NCBI GenBank assembly: GCA_963662945.1
Contig: OY759974.1
Span: 768,001-832,000 of the forward strand
DNA: 64,000 nt
From: Arcobacteraceae bacterium
GTDB taxonomy: Bacteria > Campylobacterota > Campylobacteria > Campylobacterales > Arcobacteraceae
Reading direction: 5' to 3'
Each line of letters starts with the position of its first letter. Position 1 is the first letter of the stretch. Shown piece after piece: positions 49,869 through 58,831 of the stretch. A program made the translations under genes and the position numbers. Under the pieces are notes generated by a model that saw nothing but the letters and a program-made list of their open reading frames with translations, searched no databases and had not been told where the DNA came from.

Positions 49869-52592
49869 ATGGTTGATTTTATCAAAAGAGATAACAATGA
49901 TATGTTTAAAAACCCTATTTTTAGGTTTTTATTTAAAAATACAAAATTTCTTTTAGTTTTAAGAATAGCAGTTACACTGCTTTTCTTTTATGCTGTTTAT
50001 TTTGGATTTGTACATCCTACTTCTGAAGAGAACATCTTCACAGGTGCAGTATTTTGGGGAATATTCTGGGCACTATTTATGGTAGTGACTCTTTCAACTT
50101 TTGGAAGAATATTTTGTGGTATTTGTCCACATGGATTTTTAGGAAAATATATTACAAAATTTGGTTTGAAAAAAACCATGCCAAACTGGATGCAAAATAG
50201 ATATATTGGTATCACTTTACTAGTAATTGGTTGGTGGGGAATTTATTATACATTTCCTTCATTTTGGAAAACACCAATTGGAACTGCTTCTATGTTTGGA
50301 GGGATGACATTAATTGCTTTTATTTTTTATTTTATCTATAAAGAGATGAGTTATTGTAAATATATTTGTCCTATTGGAACACTTACAAGAGCATATGACA
50401 AATTATCATTTACAAAACTAGAAACTTATACTGACTCTTGTAAGGATTGTAGAACTTTTGAATGTGCTACAGCTTGTCAATACGATTTAAAACCATTTAC
50501 CTTTGCAAAGAAAAATCAAACTGATGATTGTACCTTATGTATGGATTGTGCTGTATCTTGTGAAGCTGTTAAATTTAAACTTACAAAACCAGCAGAACAA
50601 CTAGGAAGTAAACTAAAAATTTTAAGTGCTGAAGTTTGGACGTATATTCTTATCTTTGCTTCTATTCCTGTATCTATGGGATTTGCACATGGTTTAAATA
50701 GAACTAAAATAGCTGATGAGTTTCTATGGAATAAAACGGCTGCTTTTTTTGGTATGAATGAATATGCAGGTGGATTTGCTTTCCTATATGCTGTTATTTT
50801 TAGTGTATTTTTCGCTACATTTGGAATCTATGTAGCATCTAAAATATTAAAAAAAGAATACAGTTCTACCTTTACTAATTTAGGTGTTGCTTTTATTCCA
50901 CTTTTTATCTTTGCATCACTAGGGCATACATTAGAAACTTTTTTTATCAAAGATTATGTAACAATAGTAGATGGATTTGCACAAGGTTTTGGTTTTAATG
51001 TTGAAGTGGAAGCTTTAGCAAAAAGAGGTGATGGATGGCTTCACTATTTTGGATTATTTAAATGGATAGGAATTATCTGGTCATTTATTCTTCTTTACAA
51101 AAGAATGAAAATGATTGATGCTACAAAATTACGAAAAATATTTGGATACTTTTTTGCTTCATTAATGATTCTTTTTTACATAGGATTAAATATCTATACA
51201 GGATATGTATTTTCTAAATATGGGGCAAAATCACGAAGTGGACATTCTCACGGTGGAAATGGAAAAACAATGTTCCAAAGTGTACCTTTTAAACAAGCTA
51301 CACTTTTACAAGTGGGAAAAGATAAAACAAGTGGTGTAGTATGTGGGATGAATCTTCCTATGTTTTATAAAACAAACCATAGTGCGATACTTGATGGACA
51401 GGTGCGACAATATTGTTCAATACATTGTTTAGCTGAAGATTTACGAATAAAAAATTTAGCTTTGGAAAATATTCAAGTTGTAGATGTAACCAGTTTAAAA
51501 TTCATCCCAGTTAAAGATGCTTTTTATGTGGTTGGAAGTAAACAGCTAGGAACTATGAGTAGAACTAGTAAATATGCTTTTGCTACAGAAAAAGATGCTT
51601 TAGAATTTGTTCAAAAATACGGTGGAGAAATTGTAAATTTTAGAAAAGCAGTTTATATTGCAATGCAAGATTTTTCAAAAAAACCTTATGGAACTCATAC
51701 AGAAAAAACTGCTTTAGATTTGACACAACCATTATATCTTACACTTAAAGACCCCTCTGCATCTAAAGAAAAGTCAGGTGGACATATGCACGGTGGTAGT
51801 GGTGGAAAACCTAAACCTGAAGGATATATCCCCACACAAAAAATATATCTTTCTACTTTAAATAATAAAAGTGTATCTCCTAAAAATATAGAGTTTTTTT
51901 ACTATGATATAAAACAAAAGAAAAAAGATATTATCAAAAATAGTTCAAGAGGAAAAGAAACATATAGTTTTGAAGTACCAAACAATGGATACTACAATCT
52001 TTTTGCTGTAGCACAAAGTACAAAAGATGATAAAAGTTTTTATAATGTAGCAAAACTTGAATATCTTCAAGGAAAACATGGTATTGAAGATATTTATGAT
52101 GAAAAACTTAAAAAAAATCTTGAACAAAACCTTACTAAAATTGATTTAATAAGAATAAAAAATGAAGATGAAAATAGCTTTTTTTATAAATTTAAAATGG
52201 GTGAAACTCTAAAGTTTCAAGCAATATTTGATCAAAAACCTTTAGCAAATGCAAAAATACATATCAAACTCCAAAGTGGTTGGGAAAAAACTTCAATTAC
52301 AAATGATAAAGGTGAAGTAGAACTTACAATTATAAGAGATTATTTTCCACCTTGGAATAAATTTGAAAAACGATTTAAACAAGATTTATTAATAACTTTA
52401 GAACATAATATAGAGAATACAAAATATACACTCACCTACCCTGCTTCTTTTTATCCAAACTCTAGTGATTATGAATCGTATGCTTATGCACTGTTACTTA
52501 TAACACTTACACTACTTATATCTGGTATTGTTATTTATAGATTTAGAAAAAATAGAACAAAACCTTTTAGTGAGGTAAACTTTAATGAGTAA
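49869..52592 (+). CDS. Fusion: NapH/CcoG-like membrane 4Fe-4S protein + NosL-like domain + DUF4198-like domain + C-terminal TM
   Basis: GRIFCGICP, YCKYICP, CKDCRTFECATAC, CTLCMDCAVSC; GHSHGG; VCGM...YKTNH...RQYCSIHC...YVVGS...GTM; GHMHGG; KPLANAKI...TNDKGEV; final hydrophobic helix. Confidence 0.75.
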   Translation: MVDFIKRDNNDMFKNPIFRFLFKNTKFLLVLRIAVTLLFFYAVYFGFVHPTSEENIFTGAVFWGIFWALFMVVTLSTFGRIFCGICPHGFLGKYITKFGLKKTMPNWMQNRYIGITLLVIGWWGIYYTFPSFWKTPIGTASMFGGMTLIAFIFYFIYKEMSYCKYICPIGTLTRAYDKLSFTKLETYTDSCKDCRTFECATACQYDLKPFTFAKKNQTDDCTLCMDCAVSCEAVKFKLTKPAEQLGSKLKILSAEVWTYILIFASIPVSMGFAHGLNRTKIADEFLWNKTAAFFGMNEYAGGFAFLYAVIFSVFFATFGIYVASKILKKEYSSTFTNLGVAFIPLFIFASLGHTLETFFIKDYVTIVDGFAQGFGFNVEVEALAKRGDGWLHYFGLFKWIGIIWSFILLYKRMKMIDATKLRKIFGYFFASLMILFYIGLNIYTGYVFSKYGAKSRSGHSHGGNGKTMFQSVPFKQATLLQVGKDKTSGVVCGMNLPMFYKTNHSAILDGQVRQYCSIHCLAEDLRIKNLALENIQVVDVTSLKFIPVKDAFYVVGSKQLGTMSRTSKYAFATEKDALEFVQKYGGEIVNFRKAVYIAMQDFSKKPYGTHTEKTALDLTQPLYLTLKDPSASKEKSGGHMHGGSGGKPKPEGYIPTQKIYLSTLNNKSVSPKNIEFFYYDIKQKKKDIIKNSSRGKETYSFEVPNNGYYNLFAVAQSTKDDKSFYNVAKLEYLQGKHGIEDIYDEKLKKNLEQNLTKIDLIRIKNEDENSFFYKFKMGETLKFQAIFDQKPLANAKIHIKLQSGWEKTSITNDKGEVELTIIRDYFPPWNKFEKRFKQDLLITLEHNIENTKYTLTYPASFYPNSSDYESYAYALLLITLTLLISGIVIYRFRKNRTKPFSEVNFNE

Positions 52593-53601
52593 AATCAAAC
52601 AACTTGTAAATAATATGAATCTTATCAAAGTAAGATTTACTATTCAATTACTGACTTTTATTTTATTTGTTTATGGTGGTTATTTTGCCATTGATTTTGG
52701 TTCAAGACTGCCTATTTTTGCCTGTCCTTATAATAAAGAAGCAGCTGGAGCTTGTTATTTAATTCCATTACAACATCAGTTAGGTATGCCAGCACAAATA
52801 TTACTTGGTGGGGCTGGAATTGCAGTTATTACTGGATTTTTAACATTTCTTTTTTGGTTTATATTTCTAAATAAAGCTTGGTGTGGATATGTATGTCCTT
52901 TTGGAACATTACAAGATTGGCTAACAATGCTTAGAAAAAATATGGGTATACGTTTTTCAACATATACACAAAATCAATTTGAAAAACTTTCAAAAATAAA
53001 ATATATCCTTTTAGCTATTGTTATTTTAGTACCTCTTCTTATGGGTGTTGGCGTTTTTGGAAGAGAATGGTCTGCTGCATTTTGTCAAATCTGTCCAGCA
53101 CGAATCATCTCTCCTATGTTTAGTGGAGATTTCTCTCAATGGACAATAGACTTTTCTACTAAAACAGCCATGGTATTAACTGCTATTGGGATGATATTTG
53201 CTGGATTATTTTTAATTGGTAGTTTTGTAAAAAAAAGATTCTTTTGCTTCTTTTGTCCGATGAGTGCCTTGCATTATATTTTTTCAAAGTTCTCAATTGT
53301 AAGTTTACAAAAAGATGGAAGTAAATGTACACGATGTGGAGATTGTTATGCTGTATGTGATATGCAGATAAAAGATATAGCAGATGATGTTACAAGTACA
53401 AATATCTTAAGAGATGATTGTATTTTATGTTTAAAATGTATAGCTGCATGTCCGGAAGATGATGCACTGCATTTTGATATATTAAAATTCAAAACTTTTA
53501 GCTCTACAAAACAAGGTTTTGAAAAGAGAATGGGAATAGAAAGACCAAAACAAGCTGAGGCGAAGTTTCCTCGAAAAGGATTAAATGATGAGCAACAATG
53601 A
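52585..53601 (+). CDS. NapH/MauN-like membrane 4Fe-4S ferredoxin
   Basis: WCGYVCPFG, FCQICP, FFCFFCP, CTRCGDCYAVC, CILCLKCIAACP. Confidence 0.85.
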   Translation: MSKIKQLVNNMNLIKVRFTIQLLTFILFVYGGYFAIDFGSRLPIFACPYNKEAAGACYLIPLQHQLGMPAQILLGGAGIAVITGFLTFLFWFIFLNKAWCGYVCPFGTLQDWLTMLRKNMGIRFSTYTQNQFEKLSKIKYILLAIVILVPLLMGVGVFGREWSAAFCQICPARIISPMFSGDFSQWTIDFSTKTAMVLTAIGMIFAGLFLIGSFVKKRFFCFFCPMSALHYIFSKFSIVSLQKDGSKCTRCGDCYAVCDMQIKDIADDVTSTNILRDDCILCLKCIAACPEDDALHFDILKFKTFSSTKQGFEKRMGIERPKQAEAKFPRKGLNDEQQ

Positions 53602-54868
53602 GAATCATAAAATAGAAACACCACTTGAAAAACAAAACAGACATAAAGCTATGGAAGCAATTAAGGTAATTAATACTTTAAAAGAAGAGTTTAAATCTCC
53701 TATAAAATCTATGGATTATTTTTATACACTTTTTGAAGATGTATATTGTCATCAAAAATCACTTCATGCTGATAAAGTAAAAGTGGGAACCATGTGTATT
53801 CAAATACCAAGTGAAATTATATATGCACTTGATGGTGTTCCTATTCGACTTTGTAACGGATTTTATACAGATGATGAGCTAGGAAGTGATCTTATGCCTC
53901 AAAAATCTTGTCCACTGGTTAAAGCAAGTGTTGGGCACTTGTCAAGTCAAAATTTAAGTGACAAACCACATATGATTTATAGTCCTACAACTTGTGATCA
54001 AAAAACAAAAGCTGGTGCAACTATTGAAAGTTTTGGATATGAGGTAGTTGATGTAGATTTCCCAAGAACAAAAGAGAGTGAGGTAAGTCGTGAATTTTTT
54101 AGAAGAAGTATCAGAAATTTTGCCATAGATTTATCAAAAAAAACTGGAAAAAAACTCACTAAAAAAAATTTAAAAAGCTCCATTGGAAAAGTTGGTTATG
54201 CACAATCTTTATATCATAGACTATCTGATTTAAGAAAAAATAAAAATGTACCAATATTAGGTGTTGATATGTTTTTAGTTACCAATGCTTTTTTCTTTGA
54301 TAAAATTGACAATTGGATAAAAGCTACAGAAATTTTACTGCATGACTTAGAGTTAAGGGTAAAAGAAAATATTCATGTAGCAGGAAAAATCAGTCCAAGA
54401 ATAGTTTATACAGGTTCACCACCTATTTTCCCAAATTATAAAATACCATTACTTATTGAAGAATCAGATGCAGTTATAGTTGCAGATGAAACTTGCAGTT
54501 CAAATAGAATGTTCAACGATCGAGTTGCAGTGGATGAATGGTTTGTAAATGATATGTTGGATTCTATGGCAGATAAATATCTTAAGGCTTGTACTTGTCC
54601 AATATTTACAAAAAATGATGACCGTATTCGAAGAATTATAGAACTTGTTCGTTCATATGATGCAGATGGTGTTATCTATCAAGCTTTTGCTGGTTGTACT
54701 GTATATGAGTTAGAACAAAGAAGTGTTTTAGAAGCTATGGAAAAAGAGGGGATCTCTATACTTTATTTAGAAAGTGATTATTCACCTAGCCAAAGTGGAC
54801 AGCTAAGTACCAGAGTTGAAGCATTTATAGAATCACTCAAAATGAAAAAAAGAAAAAAAGGAAAATAG
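53585..54868 (+). CDS. 2-hydroxyacyl-CoA dehydratase-family Fe-S protein, putative double-cubane cluster protein (DCCP)
   Basis: Single 427-aa chain with Cys71 (GTMC), Cys90 (RLC), Cys109 (SCPLVK), Cys137 (TTCD), Cys304 (DETC), Cys336/338, Cys371, and the family C-terminus ESDYS...GQLSTRVEAFIE. Confidence 0.8.
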   Translation: MMSNNENHKIETPLEKQNRHKAMEAIKVINTLKEEFKSPIKSMDYFYTLFEDVYCHQKSLHADKVKVGTMCIQIPSEIIYALDGVPIRLCNGFYTDDELGSDLMPQKSCPLVKASVGHLSSQNLSDKPHMIYSPTTCDQKTKAGATIESFGYEVVDVDFPRTKESEVSREFFRRSIRNFAIDLSKKTGKKLTKKNLKSSIGKVGYAQSLYHRLSDLRKNKNVPILGVDMFLVTNAFFFDKIDNWIKATEILLHDLELRVKENIHVAGKISPRIVYTGSPPIFPNYKIPLLIEESDAVIVADETCSSNRMFNDRVAVDEWFVNDMLDSMADKYLKACTCPIFTKNDDRIRRIIELVRSYDADGVIYQAFAGCTVYELEQRSVLEAMEKEGISILYLESDYSPSQSGQLSTRVEAFIESLKMKKRKKGK

Positions 54869-54869
54869 T

Positions 54870-55673
54870 ATGAAATATTTTGCTGGAATCGATATAGGTT
54901 CAACTGCCATTAAAATCTCAATAGCTGATGAAAATAAAAATCTTGTAGGACACAAAATCAGTGCAAGTGGAAGTATGTTTTATAAATATGCTCATGAAAC
55001 TTTAGATGCACTTGTTTCAGAAATAGGGATAAAAAAAGAAGATATTATATACACTGTAGCAACTGGTTATGGAAGAAAAATATTTAAAGAAGCTGATGAA
55101 AATATTAGTGAAATTACTGCAAATGCGATAGGTGCACGAGCTGCCGCTAAAGAATATGGAGAGATTAAAACTATTATTAATATTGGTGGTCAAGATAGTA
55201 AAGCAATTTCACTAGATGAAGAGGGAAATGTAACAAATTTTGCTATGAATGACAGATGTGCAGCTGGTACTGGAAAATTTCTTGATGCATGTGCTATGAA
55301 TCTTGAAATAACAGTAGAAGAACTTGGAGATAAACATTTTGCCTCAACTGGAACACCATTATCAATCAATAGTACTTGTGCAGTATTTGCAGAGAGTGAA
55401 ATTATAGGACTTTTAGGGAATAGTCATAGTGTCGAAGATATTGTATGTGGTGTACACTATTCTATTGCAAAAAGAATTGTAAAACTTGTAAAAAGAGTTG
55501 GTGTCAAAGAAGGAGTATATTTTGATGGTGGTCCAGCACTTAATACAGGATTAGTCAATGCACTTGAAAATGAACTTAGTTGTAAGATATTTATTCCTCA
55601 ATATCCACAAATCACTACATCTTATGGAGCAGCGATTATTGGAGTAGATTCTTATAATTACGAAAATGAATAA
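54870..55673 (+). CDS. ASKHA-type [4Fe-4S] ATPase activator (HgdC/BadG family; DCCP reductase-like)
   Basis: GIDIGST, ATGYGR, IGGQDSK, MNDRCAAGTG, INSTCAVFAESE, GGPA, YGAA. Confidence 0.92.
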   Translation: MKYFAGIDIGSTAIKISIADENKNLVGHKISASGSMFYKYAHETLDALVSEIGIKKEDIIYTVATGYGRKIFKEADENISEITANAIGARAAAKEYGEIKTIINIGGQDSKAISLDEEGNVTNFAMNDRCAAGTGKFLDACAMNLEITVEELGDKHFASTGTPLSINSTCAVFAESEIIGLLGNSHSVEDIVCGVHYSIAKRIVKLVKRVGVKEGVYFDGGPALNTGLVNALENELSCKIFIPQYPQITTSYGAAIIGVDSYNYENE

Positions 55674-55677
55674 TTAA

Positions 55678-58600
55678 ATGTTTGACAAAACTATAAAATT
55701 TTTTATTGAAAATTATAAAATAAACTATGCTTTATTTATATTCTTATTTATTGTCGGAATCTATTCTTATACAAAAATTCCTAAAGAAGTACAACCAACT
55801 ATTGAACCTAGCACTATAAGGGTAAGCGGAAATTACAGTGGAGCTTCTGTTGACATTTTAAATAAAATGGCTGTCATACCTTTAGAAAATGAAGTAAAAA
55901 ATATTGTTGGTGTAGATAATATTATTACAAATATCAATCCAGGTAAATTTTCTATCACTTTAGAACTTGATAAATACGAGAAAAAAGAGGATATAAAAGA
56001 AAATGTAAAAGATGCAATTGCAATGATTATCTCTGATTTACCAGCAGATATGGATGAACCTTTGATTAAAGCTGTTGCTCATGCACGTTCATTAATGTAT
56101 GTTTCAGTTCTTTCTACAAAAATCTCTAGAGATGATCTTTTAAAAATTGCAAAAGATTTAAAAACAACTCTTTTAGGCATCCCTTTTATTTCAGATATTA
56201 CAATATTTGGTGAATCAGATGAATATTATGAAATACAAATTGATGAAAAAAAAATAGAAGCTTTTGGACTAGAAAAAAAAGATATCTCTTCAATAATTGC
56301 TGAACTCTCTTATACTTTTCCAGCAGGAAAAATGGAAGGGAAAAAAAATCAATTTTATCTTTCAACTGCAAATGGGAAAAAAAGTGCTGAAAACTTAGCA
56401 AATACACTTTTAAAAATAAATGATAAAACAATCTATTTTAAAGATATAGCTACCATTACAAAACGTTATGAAGATTCTTCAACACTTGCTAGTATGAATG
56501 GGAAAGGCGCTATTACACTTGCTATCTCACAAAATCCAAGAGGTGATGCCATAACATTATCAGAACAAGTGAGAGATGTACTTGATAAATCAAAAAAAGC
56601 AAATATTACTTTTGATATTAAAAGAGATAATTCATTTCAAGTAAAAGAGAGTTTAAATATAGTTTTCTCAAATATCATTTTTGGAATACTATTAATTTGT
56701 TTATTTACTATTGTTCTTATTAATTCCCGTATGGCATTAGTTATTATTATGGGTATACCAACTTCTTTTGTTATAGGTGCAATCTATTTTTATTTTACAG
56801 GATATAGTATTAATGTACAATCACTTGTAGGAGTACTTTTAGCAATTGGTATTATTGTTGATGATGCAATTGTTGTAAGTGAAAATATTCAACAATATAT
56901 TGAACGTGGCTATCCACCAAAAGAAGCTGCATATTTGGGAACAAAAGAGATGGCAAAACCAGTTTTTTGGGCATCTGTAACTACTCTTTTCTCATTTATA
57001 CCATTGTTAATGATTAGTGGTAGAATGGGTGAAATTATTCAGCTTATTCCTATAGCATTTAGTGCACTTATTTTTGCTTCACTTATTGAGTCATTCATCT
57101 TTTTACCTATACATGCTTCCCATATTTTAAATAATAATTCAAAAACCTTATCATGGGAAAAAAGCAAAAATATTTACACTAAAATTTTACATAACTTGAT
57201 GAAATATAAAAAAAGTTTTTTACTGATTTTTATTATCAGCGTTCCATTACTCATATTTTTTAGTGCAAAGCATTCAAAATTTCATATGTTTCAAAAATTT
57301 GATTCATCAAATGTAAACATTACCTTTAAAGGGAATAAAAATATGACACTTGAAGAAACATCTTTAATGGTACGTCAAATAGAACAAGACCTTTTAAAAT
57401 CCAAAGAGAAATTTTTTATAAAAAATGTAAGTTCAACAGCTGGTCATAGAAGAACAGCAACGGGAGAAACAGAAATTTATCCTTATGTTGGGAATATTAC
57501 AGTTGAACTTTATGAAAAAAAACCAAGTAATTTTTTCGAAGCATATATTAGCCCTTTGTTTAGTATTTATTATGAAAAAGAGGGACGAATACGAACCCTT
57601 CCATCTAAAGTTGTATCAAAACAATTGCGAGGTTGGTTAAAAGAACAACATTATAAAAGAAAATATAAATTAGAGCAAATAATGGTTGTTGAAAATAGAA
57701 TGGGAGCAACAAAAGCTGATATTAGAATTGGGTTAGTCAGTAATGATTACCAAAAAGCTTTACAAGGGGTAGATGAACTTCAAAAAGAGATTGAAAATAT
57801 AAAAGGGGTTAAATATAGTGGGAATAATATTAAATTTGGGATTGATGAACTGAAATTTCATATTAATAGCTATGGAGAATCACTTGGTGTAACAGAAAAA
57901 TATCTTGGTAATTTCTTAGCAAATGTCTATATGGATAAAAAAATAGCAACAATTTATGGTACAAATGAATCATTTGAGGTTAAATCAAAATCACTTTATA
58001 GTGATAATTTTGATTACTTTAAAAATATCACTATACCTTTAAAAGATTCAAGAGTAGTACACTTGCACGAGATATGTGATATATCTACCATAAAATCACT
58101 TGAGAAATTAGTCAAAGATAATGGTATTACTACATTTTATGTTTTTGCAAACGTTGATAATGATATCATCACTTCAAGTGAGGTTTTAGAAAAAATACAA
58201 CCAACAATAAAGAAACTAAAACAAAATGGTATAAAATTTATTTTCAAAGGGGAACAAGAGCAAAAGAAAAAACTAGAAATAGAGATGCTTCTATCAATAC
58301 TTTTAGCTCTTAGCTTAATATTTTTATCACTTCTTTATCTTTTTAACTCCATTAAAGAAACTCTTTTAGTGATGTCTGTTATTCCATTTTCTATGCTTGG
58401 GCTTTATATGGGACATTTTATTTTAGGATTACATATAACAGTTCCATCACTTATTGGTGCAATTGGACTTGCTGGTGTTATTGTTAATGATGGAATTATT
58501 ATGATGGACTCTATTAAAAAATCAACAACCCAAAAAGAGTTTTTTCACAATGCTGCTAAAAGATTTAGACCAATTATTTTAACCTCTATTACTACAATTG

Positions 58601-58758
58601 TTGGATTGTTTACACTTATCTTTTTTGCAACTGGTATGGCTGTTAGTTTTCAACCAATGGCTGTAACAATAGGGTTTGGACTTCTTTGGGGGACTATTTT
58701 AAATCTTTTATATTTACCTGTAATGTATGGATATTTTAATAATAAGCATTTAAAGTGA
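55678..58758 (+). CDS. RND superfamily (AcrB/CusA-like) transporter
   Basis: 1026 aa, 1+5 TM repeat topology, GIIVDDAIVVSENI, GVIVNDGII, RFRPIILTSITT. Confidence 0.92.
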   Translation: MFDKTIKFFIENYKINYALFIFLFIVGIYSYTKIPKEVQPTIEPSTIRVSGNYSGASVDILNKMAVIPLENEVKNIVGVDNIITNINPGKFSITLELDKYEKKEDIKENVKDAIAMIISDLPADMDEPLIKAVAHARSLMYVSVLSTKISRDDLLKIAKDLKTTLLGIPFISDITIFGESDEYYEIQIDEKKIEAFGLEKKDISSIIAELSYTFPAGKMEGKKNQFYLSTANGKKSAENLANTLLKINDKTIYFKDIATITKRYEDSSTLASMNGKGAITLAISQNPRGDAITLSEQVRDVLDKSKKANITFDIKRDNSFQVKESLNIVFSNIIFGILLICLFTIVLINSRMALVIIMGIPTSFVIGAIYFYFTGYSINVQSLVGVLLAIGIIVDDAIVVSENIQQYIERGYPPKEAAYLGTKEMAKPVFWASVTTLFSFIPLLMISGRMGEIIQLIPIAFSALIFASLIESFIFLPIHASHILNNNSKTLSWEKSKNIYTKILHNLMKYKKSFLLIFIISVPLLIFFSAKHSKFHMFQKFDSSNVNITFKGNKNMTLEETSLMVRQIEQDLLKSKEKFFIKNVSSTAGHRRTATGETEIYPYVGNITVELYEKKPSNFFEAYISPLFSIYYEKEGRIRTLPSKVVSKQLRGWLKEQHYKRKYKLEQIMVVENRMGATKADIRIGLVSNDYQKALQGVDELQKEIENIKGVKYSGNNIKFGIDELKFHINSYGESLGVTEKYLGNFLANVYMDKKIATIYGTNESFEVKSKSLYSDNFDYFKNITIPLKDSRVVHLHEICDISTIKSLEKLVKDNGITTFYVFANVDNDIITSSEVLEKIQPTIKKLKQNGIKFIFKGEQEQKKKLEIEMLLSILLALSLIFLSLLYLFNSIKETLLVMSVIPFSMLGLYMGHFILGLHITVPSLIGAIGLAGVIVNDGIIMMDSIKKSTTQKEFFHNAAKRFRPIILTSITTIVGLFTLIFFATGMAVSFQPMAVTIGFGLLWGTILNLLYLPVMYGYFNNKHLK

Positions 58759-58767
58759 TATTTAAAA

Positions 58768-58799
58768 TTAACACTTAATTAACACTTCTTTTATAAAAT
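58768..58799 (+). promoter_or_regulatory. TTAACA direct-repeat promoter, copy 5 (tonB)
   Basis: TTAACA-CTTAA-TTAACA (58768-58784), 9 nt, TAAAAT (58794-58799). Confidence 0.72.
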
Positions 58800-58831
58800 G
58801 GAAGTGTTAATATGGGAAAAGGAGAGTAGTT

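Noticed and set aside
53585-55673. Benzoyl-CoA reductase or amino-acid fermentation dehydratase
   Set aside because: Only one dehydratase-like and one activator gene, and no CoA-ligase, CoA-transferase or ring-degradation genes in the window; not excluded genome-wide.
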